Positions 1-10,104 of a stretch of 41,635 bases of DNA are shown here, one piece after another. Location: assembly GCA_020536535.1 (NCBI GenBank), contig JAHLWZ010000434.1:1-41635 (forward strand), in the 5' to 3' direction. The notes under the pieces were generated by a model. The model did not search any database. It saw only the letters and a list, made by a program, of their open reading frames with translations, and was not told the origin of the DNA. This DNA is from Pelomyxa schiedti (lineage: Eukaryota; Protista; Evosea). The number at the start of each line of letters is the position of its first letter. Positions within the stretch are counted from its first letter, which is position 1. Position numbers and translations under genes: made by a program.

Positions 1-409
1 CGCAGTCGCCGACGCGCCACTCGCCGCGGACGCCGGTGGGCACCGCCAGGGGGACGATGTCACGCCAGACCATCAACGACACACTGAGAATGTACCCTCT
101 GCGCTCTTGTCTTTGTTGTTGTTGCTTCCAACCCGGCATCGTCGAGCTCTGTTGACTCATCATTAGCAGATTTTGCGCCTGTCATCTGCTCCTCATCAAA
201 AGTTTTCTTTTCTCAGAAGTCGAAAACAAGTTGGCTGTTTGTTTATTCTGCCATTTTGCGTACCAAACTCAACTCACAGTTGGGTTGACCGCTGGACCAT
301 GGAGTCTATCAGTGGCAACAAAGGTCGATGTTTTTTGACTCAAACCACCATCACATTTTGTCGTTTCGTTTTTGAAAAAGGGGAGGCCACTAACAACAGC
401 AAACCAAGA

Positions 410-819
410 ATGACCGCATCCATGACCGCCATCACCATTCCTGTTCGTTCTTCCTCCTACTCTTTTTATTTTATGGCTTGTTGAAACAACGCGGTTCGTT
501 AACCCATAATGGGAGTAGAAGAGCCTGCAGGTGTGTGGGTGGATGCACAAGGAAGGAGCCCCGCCGGCCCGAGTCTGGAAGAAACGTTGGTTTAAAAACA
601 CATTCGAGCAGCCCCTGGTTTTGAGTTACTATCAGTACAAAGATGTCCCTTCCTCGCTTAAGGTTTGTTCACTTTGGGTGGTCATTTCATAACTCGCTTT
701 TAGGGCACTGTTGATCTTAAACAAGTATTGGCGTATGCTTGCACTAAACCCACAATTACCGCCAATGTTACATACGACAAAGTAAGTGTGTTTTTGGGTG
801 TGTTCAGTGTCGCCTGACT
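410..819 (+). CDS. PH-domain protein, 5' part; paralog/duplicate of the gene at 26620-28894, truncated by a scaffold gap
   Basis: Spliced translation MTASMTAITIP|KSLQVCGWMHKEGAPPARVWKKRWFKNTFEQPLVLSYYQYKDVPSSLK|GTVDLKQVLAYACTKPTITANVTYDK has the PH signature GW(L/M)xKxG...WKKRWF. Intron positions match the 26620 gene, and 701-819 is identical to 26991-27109. Confidence 0.8.
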
Positions 820-919
820 NNNNNNNNNNNNNNNNNNNNNNNNNNNNNNNNNNNNNNNNNNNNNNNNNNNNNNNNNNNNNNNNNNNNNNNNNNNNNNNNN
901 NNNNNNNNNNNNNNNNNNN
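820..919. other. Scaffold gap (100 N)
   Basis: Run of N, preceded by sequence identical to a locus at ~27 kb, which suggests a collapsed repeat. Confidence 0.99.
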
Positions 920-1336
920 CACTTTTGGTGCGTCCACGCACCCACCAAAAATCTCTGCGCTTTTCGCACACGCTGGTGCTTTTTTTCACGCACCAGTGCG
1001 TCCCGTTTTCCTCAGAAAATTTTCATCATTTTGTTTTTGCAGCCTTGGAGTGTGGGGGCGGGTGCGTGTGGTTCGACGGCGGTTAATGGCATGGGTGGGT
1101 GTGGTTGGTCGGTGTTGCTGGCAACAGCTTGAGAATGAAATGCCAGTGTACATCGACTGTGGACAAAATAAACAAGGAAGTGTGGTGGGCACACTGTGAC
1201 CCACCACTTTCAAACTGTGACTCCCCACACACAACGGTCGTTTTGGCATTTTACCCCAAGTCCCGGAAATGATTGGGGTGAAGTGTATTTACATATAAAC
1301 ACGAGTCCACAAGGAAAAGTAAGGGAAAAGAGGTAA

Positions 1337-1378
1337 CCACACAAAAGTGTGCAAACGAAGTGCACCACTTTTGTGTGG
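1337..1378. repeat. Hairpin element copy 1 (13-bp perfect arms CCACACAAAAGTG / CACTTTTGTGTGG, 16-nt loop)
   Basis: Arms at 1337-1349 and 1366-1378. A second copy with the same short flanks lies at 16284-16325. Confidence 0.9.
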
Positions 1379-1457
1379 GGAAGAAGAAGAAGACATGGAG
1401 GAGGAAGAGGAAGAGGAAGAGGAGGAGGGCAAGAGTGCATGTGTGTATTGTAAGTAT

Positions 1458-1459
<2 letters not shown>

Positions 1460-1488
<29 letters not shown>
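1460..1488. repeat. (CA)n microsatellite, next to GAG/GAA and TTG simple repeats
   Basis: About 14 CA units read directly. Confidence 0.95.
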
Positions 1489-1490
<2 letters not shown>

Positions 1491-1989
1491 GAGAGTTCTC
1501 AGAGAATCAGAAACACCTGTTGTTGTTGTTCTGCTGGATGCATGATGCATCATGCATGATGCCTGATGGCTCTCACTCAGTACATACAGTACACACCTCG
1601 TTGTGGGTGAGTTGTTGTTGTTGTTGTTGTTGTTCCTTTTGCCTGCCTGAACACGCTCATCAACTTTCTGTGATAAGAGGCCATTACCAAGGTACATTCT
1701 GTCTCCCTTTTTCTCACCACTCTGTAGTAATAGGTACCAGCACTGCCCCATTGAGCGCAACACCAGGCCATAGTTCCACTCTCCCATACTCACATCCTCT
1801 TACTCTTGCTCCTTCACCATTCCTACACCACTCCAATGCACCTCCCACAACCACAGGAAAAAAAAAATAAATTGTGCAATAACACAATTTGGCCCCATTT
1901 AGGGGTAAAGTAAGCTTACTTCACCAAAGGCACGTAGCAACGCTAGCTTGGCTGTGACTCCAATTCTCTTGTGGTGCTCTGCTTTTGTC

Positions 1990-2925
1990 ATTTCGCGGTG
2001 GGTGCGAATCTCCTGACTTCAGATTCGTACTCCGACGTGATTGTGGCATGGAGTTCTACACAGTTCGCTATGAGAGCGGTCAGTTGATTTGATTAATTTG
2101 TGTAGTTGGGTATTTGTACCTTGATCCTTGTGGCCAGCATTCAGAATAGGCCTGTAGTATTAGGAAGAGTCGCAAAGTGAAGCGGACTTGTTAATCTACC
2201 AGATAGATATCATTGATGTGCAAACAGCCCGTACGTAGTCGCTCTTGCGCAACGAATACAATCTGAAAAGAACTTAATCTTTACGGAGTAAGCCATTGGT
2301 GATACTTACTTGGTCAATGTAATCTCGGATTCGAGAACAACAGGGAGTAGAATGCACGAAACCACAGTAAGGTGCCGTACAGAACTTGAGCAGCCAAGAA
2401 AGGGGCAGTCGACTCCTCTTGAAATAGCAGGGAAAACATCTTGTTTGGAAGTTACTATTGATTGAACGATGCAAAGGGGGACAGTTTTGCCCGCTGGATA
2501 CGAAAGGAGTTACAGGTATAGTTATAGTGTCCATCTCAGGTCCCTCAGTCATATCAAAGGTAACTGAGGAGAATTTAATATAAAAAATAGCAAATTTCAG
2601 TAGACTTGGAATCAATATGGGCCAACAAGAGAAACACTGTAAAAGAGAAAGAAAAAAAAAAAAAAACCTAAGCCCAAATTGAGTGAAACTGATACCGCTT
2701 GTCCTTGAAGTTGACCTGTTTGTAAATAACCACAAGTGAAGCTCCCTCATTCAAAGGCGCACCTCCAGACACTGGGAATGCACTGAAGTACTGCGAACCA
2801 TTTCCAGTCACCCACGGTGTAACACCAGCAAACACGCTGTATCTCGGGAATGCCATCACGATAGCTTGGTGGATGGTTATCCCGCATTCAACATCTGAAA
2901 CGGTTCTGCAATGAAGATTAGACAA
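1990..2925 (-). CDS. Possible multi-exon hypothetical gene or gene relic, no recognisable domain
   Basis: Overlapping minus-strand ORFs 2668-2925 and 2274-2750, plus a clean short intron (GTAAGT...TTTTCAG, ~2263-2309 minus) and further GT..AG pairs. No consistent long spliced product was resolved. Confidence 0.3.
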
Positions 2926-3399
2926 TATACAAGAAAAAGCCTACAACACCATACCACACTTGTCAGCCACAAAGGGCACAACGAGTCGTGTGTGCGAACG
3001 CGGCGGCGCATGGGAACCTGTCCATTATGTTCACACAACAGTTGTATAGCACTCTCCACTCCACTCCCCTCTCTCTACCTCCTCCTGTTATGCCACTCGT
3101 TCCGATGTGTAATCTCCGGTCATTGCGTTTCGGCTAGTGGACAAGATTGATTTATGGGAAATCTCCCCGTCCCACCGTTGGGCGCAGATTCCGGAGTGTA
3201 CAACCGGGAAGAAGTTTCTTATTCCTTCCCACGCAGGTATTCAGAAAGCAGCAACCGTCTGACACCAATAGTGCATCCTCGACCTCAAAGAGGTCTGGTC
3301 TCTGGGTCCATCAAGTTTCTCAAAGGAAAAGACACTTTTACATTCAAGAAACACAAAAAAAAAATAAAACACACCAACCACTGTTTTTAGTGACGCTTC

Positions 3400-6300
3400 A
3401 TGAGCCGAGATAGCGACAAGTTTACAATCGAGGCGCCTGCCGACGACGGCTCGCCGTCGCCGCCCCAACATGACGTCGGCGATGGCCTACCCACCAATGA
3501 CTACCAGATGCGAGAGGCCGCCGACATTGGACAGCATCACCCGCCTCCGCAACCACCTGCGCTCGCTGTGATCACGCTTCCCCTTCCTGCCCCCGCCCCC
3601 GCCCCTCGCCCTCCTAGTTCCGCTTCCGTGTTTGCTCGTTTTATGAAAACTTCTTCTTCTTCGAGGCCGCCACCGCCGCCGCCGCTGCTGCTGATGCTAA
3701 TGCGCTTTCCACTGCCGCCGCGGCGCCGACCGTCTTCCCATCGTCCCGATCAACTTGCGCAAGCACCGACGATGCAGGCGCCGCGGCAGACGGCGAGGAG
3801 GAGGAGGAGGAGGAGGATGGCGGCTGCTACGACGAACAAGAGGAACTCGGGGTGCCACAACGCACGGTGACAGTGCGACCCGGGGACGACATGTGGGAGG
3901 CCTACGACTCGGCCAGCTTCGGGGGCTGTTATACTACGTTGATGTCCGAGGANNNNNNNNNNNNNNNNNNNNNNNNNNNNNNNNNNNNNNNNNNNNNNNN
4001 NNNNNNNNNNNNNNNNNNNNNNNNNNNNNNNNNNNNNNNNNNNNNNNNNNNNACGAACAAGAGGAACTCGGGGTGCCACAACGCACGGTGACAGTGCGAC
4101 CCGGGGACGACATGTGGGAGGCCTACGACTCGGCCAGCTTCGGGGGCTGTTATACTACGTTGATGTCCGAGGACAGGCAGATTTGGGCGGAAAAGAACCG
4201 CGGTGCCGTCGCCCATAAATTTCGCCACCCACACACAGTGTAAGTAAATGCTGATCAATTATACTAGTGGAATTTACATCCCCTTCACAAATTGATTAAC
4301 ACACAGGGTAACTGTCCGCCGCCAATTCCGCCGCAACAAAGTGGATGCGCCTTGGAACACCTTCATTTCCTTCTCTTCTCCTGCGGACGCAGACTTCGCA
4401 TACAACAGATACTGGTTGCTTTACAAGCTGTGTCGTGTTACCGCGCACCCTGGTGCACCGCAGCAGCAACAACCACTACTACAACAACCGCAACAGCAGC
4501 AACTACTACGATTACAACCGCAGCAGCACGGGCTGGGACCTACAAGTTCAGCGGCGGCGACAACGTCTAGTCAGTTCACTAATGACCCTAATGCTGAAGG
4601 AGTGATTGGAGGTGGGACTTATTTCACTACTCACAGAGGTTTCCTCCCTTCATTCCCATTTCACGTTCTTATATCTCTTGTAGCGCCGCTGTTGGGCAAT
4701 TTGCGTGAGGGCATGACGGGAGATATATCCAACAATGTCAACTGGGACATTCTGCCTCATTTTCTGGATGGCAACAATGGGCAAACTGTGGGTGGTGGGG
4801 CTGAGTGCACTGGTTCTATGGCTCCTCTCCACTACGGTCCTATTCAGCAACAGCAGTACCAAGAGCTAGCTCGAATTAACACCACTCCCAATTGTGGATT
4901 GATAACACAGATTGGCGCCACTGACCTTCACCCAACAGAGCAAATTGTTGGAGCCGTTGTTCCTGAGCCAGTTCCCATTCCCCGAGCCACCACCATTCCT
5001 AATGTGCCAGCGATAAGCAGTCTGCAAAACCTGGTAGAATACCTGAGGGGCATATTGAGCCCAGGGCAGTTTTTTGACCGGGCAAGCCTAAATTACACTA
5101 GCAAAGATTTAATTGGCAAGGGCAGTTTTGGCAGAGTGTATAGAGGTTTGCTTTTCATCTCACCAGCATTAACTGACCGATTGCTTACAGCAACAAATGG
5201 AGCCTCAGAAGTAGCCATTAAAGTAATAAACTTGGATCCGTCTATACAGCCCACTCCCGACTTCAATGGCATTGCGAAGGAAGTTCTGAATTTGAGGAAA
5301 GTTTAGTTTCAATTCACCCATAATTTACACATCTTAGATCTGTCGCACATTCAAATCTTGTGTCGTGCATGGGTGCGCTCTATACTGGGGAAAGTAGTAA
5401 CTTGTCCCTCTGCTAACCACACTGTATTTAGGTGTATGTGTGGATGAAAAGGCAAAGGAGTTTTCAATTGTATTCGACAGGATGGAATGCTCCTTGACAG
5501 CACTTCTGGAAAAACAGGATTTACCTACCAAGATGCGAAAGTATATCAAACTGACGTACGAACAGAAATTGGACATTTTCTTGCAGATGGTAATAAGCGT
5601 GCTCTTTCTTTTTTCTAAAATCGGCATAGCTTACAGTTATCGAATTTCTTCACAACACAGCCCACATGGTTCACTGGTTATTGATCAGAAACTCCTTTTT
5701 TCAACTCACTCTGTACAGCGACATCAAATTGGACAACTTCCTACTAGATGCAAATTTGAAGCTGAAGGTTTGGCTACTGAGGTGTTTAGTTCACTCTAAC
5801 CAACTAAATTTAGCTGTGCGACCTGGGATTCGCCAAGTTGATATGGGAGTCCAAGCCAATTGCGTCCGGCACCCGTATATTTGTTCGTTGTTAAGTACTT
5901 AACACTTACTGATGCACAGAGTTATATATGGCGCCGGAGTTGTGGAAACAAAAGGGCTACGGGCCATCTTCCCCGGCCTCGGATATGTGTGTTTAGCCCC
6001 TTTTCATTTCTGCACGGAGTCAACCCTTGGAACAGCTATGCACTGTCCTTCACTATGTACCAGCTGCTATATGAATGGCCCTTGTTCGAAGCTGATGTCA
6101 CGGCAACGGAAGACTCCTTTGTGAACTCTGTTGTCTTAGGTCTGGTGCGCCCCAACCTTTCCAAACAGCCAAAAGACCCAGATATCAAAATTCCGCTTCA
6201 GCCCTGCTTGGTAGGATGACGTGTTTTCTTTATTAGGACTTACACTTGGCAGGTGAAGATGTTCACCCGCTGCTGGCACCCGGACCCTTCTTCTGTGTGT

Positions 6301-6450
6301 TCATTGTTTTTTTGCTCCTTGTTTCATTTTCTTCCACCACAGAGACTCACAGCCACTGAAGCACTTGCATTGGTGAATGAGGCAATTACTCTCTACCAAA
6401 CTAGATCGCAGGGACTCCTCAGCTACTTGGCTTATAAGTTTCATTATTGA
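3400..6450 (+). CDS. Protein kinase (TKL-like, non-RD) with N-terminal RRM-like module; paralog 1, possibly impaired
   Basis: After splicing: IGKGSFGRVY, VAIK, KEVLNLR, HSNLV, MVHCDIKLDNFLL, KLCDLGF, YMAPE, SDIYAL, CWHPDP..RLT. Starts MSRDSDKFTIEAP like the paralog at 13510. The model needs a 38-nt GT..GAG intron (3628-3665) or a frameshift, and a GA donor at 5297. It spans an artefactual gap. Confidence 0.85.
3953..4052. other. Scaffold gap (100 N) with duplicated flanks
   Basis: About 3831-3952 is repeated at 4053-4172, indicating an unmerged contig overlap. Confidence 0.97.
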
Positions 6451-6528
6451 GTAACAATAAAATCTCTCCACTTTCTTGCCAAGAAAATTTTAGTTAGCAA
6501 ATTCAGAGTTACATTTATGTCCAGGTGG

Positions 6529-8334
6529 TTACCTGGTCTTGTTGCGGCCTGCCGTAGGATGATGATACGGCTCAGTTGTGGGGGCTGTGGAATTGGTTTG
6601 TGTGATGGCAGCTATTGTGCCGAGTCCGATGCGGGAGCGGGGGTCCAAGTGTGCGAGAGAGGTGAGGAGTGTTGTTGGAGGTTGTGTGATGGGTTGTATT
6701 GTTTGAGGGGTGTTGGTGGAGGTGATTCTGGGACCACCGGTTGTTCTTCCAGTGGGTTTGTTGGTGCAGTTGCTGCACTTTTGGCTTCTGTTGGTTTGGT
6801 TTCTGGTGCAGATGTGGTGGAAGTGGAAGAAGTGGTTACGCGACTCGTCCAAAAAGCCAGTCATCAATATGGCTGTTGAGCATCGCGTTCTGTGGAATAT
6901 TAGCAATGAATTTGTATGTTATTTCTTAGTTGTCTATGTGGTCCCATGGTACCGGAAAGGAAAAAAGTTCCTCCTTCGTTCTTGGTACTTTGGAAGAGGA
7001 GTAAGGTACTTGCTGCGGGTGTTGTGATGTTGCTTCAATCTGATTGGCACTCAGTGTCCATCTTGAATTTAATTATTATTACTGGTCTTGACCAAAAATA
7101 ACCTGTGGTGTTTCCAGTCACCTCCTTGGGGTTGTCTGTGCTCCATAAAAGGAGAGGACTTCCTTTTGATGATATGGGACAGTGGCAAATCTGGGGAGGA
7201 GTCATGTGGGACAATCACCAAAGAAATTTATACCTGAAGATACAAAACTTCCATACTCTCCGGTGTTCATTTCAAGTGGGTTCAAAGGTGAAAGAGGGTA
7301 TTGCACTGTCCCGGCAAAGGTGTCAGGATTGTATTGTTCCAGATGTTGGTCATATTGATAGAGTCTTTAATAGGTTCACCATCCATGCCCGATGATGTTG
7401 TATCACTAAATTCCCTTATAACTTTGAAAAAGGGAGAATGCGCTTTACCAACTGGATATCTGTTGGGCTGAAGTGAAAGGAGGGTAATTTGGCACGTCAT
7501 CTGTTGCACTGCATTTGAGTCTAATCAATTCTTCCAATTTTCTTTATCCAAGGTGGTGATGGGTACCAATCACGTGAATGTCTTGCAGAAAGCTTGTCTT
7601 TTCTTCTGTTAACTAGTGAGGCGTTAACACAGCCGACAATATAACAACAATTACAATACCGTAATTTTTGTGTTTTTCAGCATTCGTCGACGTAATAATT
7701 GAACTGCAATGGCAGGTCCTTGACGAAACTTGAACTCACACCTCCACAAATACTGAGCTGGCGTTTTCTTGAACACTTTGTCCCAACTTTTTACTGTACC
7801 ACATGCCTGTTGTAAGGATCAAGGAACAAATTGCTAGAAGTAACCAAAGGTATTACTTGAAATAAGGACAAAAGCAATTCAGGGTTTAGTTCTGGTCCTT
7901 CCATCTCCACGTAAACACAGAAAGCTCTTGGCTCTACGGTGGAAGCAGCACACTTTTGGTTTGTTTCTGCCCTTGAACTTCTCGATGCGTTCTGCCGGTC
8001 CAAGTTGGGAGGGCTGGGCCTACTCCTTTTCCTCGAGTCCCTTCTATCCACTCTCCTATCGGCCGGTTCCCTGCTGTCGTGCTGCCTGTCACACTCCTCC
8101 TTCGTCGATCTTTTTGGTTCCAGGCTTCTTCGCTGTTGCAACGCTTGATCCCTCACTCTCTGCTGTTGCTGTTGGTACATGTACCTCCTGTTCTGTAACG
8201 CCTGGCCCTGCCAGCGGCAATAATCCCTCATTGACATCAACATTTCGTGTTGGCTCATCAGATCGCGGTACCGCCTCTCCATTTCCATCTCCATTGTCAT
8301 TGACCTTGAGGCGTCGCGCAATCGCGATCTGCCG
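6529..8334 (-). pseudogene. Decayed duplicate of the RBM25-like gene (16420-18871)
   Basis: Colinear with ~16.6-18.6 kb including introns. It has a TAA stop (6836-6838) right after ..IDDWLFGRVA, deletion of the PWI core, a 1-nt deletion near 7360, and loss of a splice acceptor near 7545. Confidence 0.88.
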
Positions 8335-8434
8335 NNNNNNNNNNNNNNNNNNNNNNNNNNNNNNNNNNNNNNNNNNNNNNNNNNNNNNNNNNNNNNNNNN
8401 NNNNNNNNNNNNNNNNNNNNNNNNNNNNNNNNNN
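8335..8434. other. Scaffold gap (100 N)
   Basis: Run of N; the left flank is nearly identical to ~18540-18641. Confidence 0.99.
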
Positions 8435-8637
8435 GCAACTGGTGGCTCCGTCGCAGTGCCTTTTGGATGTCAGCGTCGCCCCAGTTTGTTCCTGTACCCT
8501 GTTTTCGTAGTACCAACTTTTCTCCCGCAGAAATTTTCTCTGGGGCCGCTCTCTTGCTGCTTGGCAATTAATTACATTACGAAGAAAGAATTCGCTCTCG
8601 TTTTCGGGACACTGTTGTGTCCACTGTCGCTGGTCGT

Positions 8638-9249
8638 ATTGTGCGGCAAAGGTGGGGTTGTTTCAGCGGAACAGTTGGACGTCCAATGTGGTGTTGGCGT
8701 GCACCCAGCCTCGAATGGACGAGGCCGTGAAGCAACTGGCAGAAGGTAACCCAACTGCAGCACCCTCCGCTCTTTTCAACTCATTAAAGGTTATACCCCC
8801 GTTGTAACCCTTCTTGTACTGACCTTGATGTACACAGCGCATACCATGTTGAAATGGGGAGGTATGGCACAGATGAGGTTTGGTTTGAGGATCTTGTTGA
8901 ACCTGCAGCCGTCAGAGCTGACCATCCTAGAATGTGGAAAGATGCAAGGAAAAAGAGTGAGGCTGTTTGGCTGGGTTCACCACATCCGCACACAGAAGAG
9001 TGTGACTTTTGTGGACTTGAGAGATGGACAGGGCTTCTTGCAAGTAAATTCAACCATTTGAAAAAAATCCCACTCATCCTTTCAGTGTGTTTTACCTGGC
9101 CCCGAGTTGCCAGTGAAGCACTGCTTGCTCAGCTCCTCAGGGACTCTGTGGAACTTACAGGCGTTCTCAACCATCTTCCAGAAGGGGAAGCGAGCAGCTG
9201 GCGTAGCTACTGCACCACCTCTTGAGTTGATAGTCGATTGGTGGCGAAC
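8638..9249 (+). pseudogene. Decayed partial duplicate of the asparaginyl-tRNA synthetase gene
   Basis: Matches ~19715-20509 ([20 protein letters not shown] ... [32 protein letters not shown] ... LELIVDWWR) with introns retained, several deletions and frameshifts, and no catalytic domain. Confidence 0.9.
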
Positions 9250-9774
9250 TGCCAACAAATCACTGAAGAAGTTTCAGGAAGGTACCCACCTAAGCACAAA
9301 GTGCGCAGAGGATCTTTCTCAACAGAAATGTGCTCGCCATGGAATTTGCAAGTATTGATTGGAAAGTGGGCAAATTTCCATCCCCGATTTCATTGAAGGT
9401 ATTATTTTTCTTTTCTTTTTCTGAGTCTCCTCCTTCTTCTTCCTCTTAGTTCATGAAAATGTTTAATGAAATGAAAAAGAAGATATTCTATTGTGGAACC
9501 ACTTCATCATCGGTAACTGGTTGCCAGATTCCACCTTGGAAAGCTGCGCTTGGTGTTCAGTTCTATCGACTCGGCCTTATTTCGCACCCAAATTCTTCCA
9601 GTTCATCAAGTCCCAATACAGAATCAGACACCGGTTCTCGTCAAGTCTCTGATGGCCAAAAGTTCTTCCGCGGCATCAGAGGAAGCATAGCTAGCTAGGG
9701 AGATGTGCAAAAAGAAAGTCTATGTAAGCCATCCTTCACTTACTCCTCAAACTGAACACTCCATTATTTCTTAG

Positions 9775-9996
9775 ATGAACCGGCTGTTCCGGCAAATGGA
9801 TGTGGATTGTTCCGGAACCATCACCGCTGATGAACTGAAGGCCGGCCTGAAAGCCCTGTCCATCCTGTGGATATACCCTCAGTGAGCATCTCAAAACGGG
9901 TATGTACCAATAGCACCAATTCCGCACTCACAAACCAACAGCTCATGAATCCATGGTGAAGAGTTCAAAGCTGCTCGGCTGCCGGATCGCCTCTAA
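9775..9996 (+). pseudogene. EF-hand (calmodulin/CDPK-like) gene fragment, degenerate
   Basis: After an intron (9724-9774) it reads MNRLFRQMDVDCSGTITADELKAGLKAL, a canonical DxDxSGxIxxxE loop. It then frameshifts, with remnants KRLMN...EEFKAA of a second EF-hand. There are upstream in-frame stops. Confidence 0.6.
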
Positions 9997-10104
9997 TTCA
10001 TTCACACCACCACATGACAATCTTTGTGGCCTACGTTTTTTTGTTTGCTGTATCACCCTCTTCAGGTTTTGTTTTATTCACGAAAAAGTCTTTTATAGTC
10101 CATT

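Noticed and set aside
1251-1870. Several 60-180 aa ORFs on both strands
   Set aside because: They are products of CA, GAG/GAA and TTG simple repeats and have no domain signal.
3831-4172. Apparent ~120-bp direct repeats around the gaps at 3953, 32512 and 35636
   Set aside because: Identical sequence on both sides of a standard 100-N gap indicates an unmerged contig overlap, not a biological repeat.
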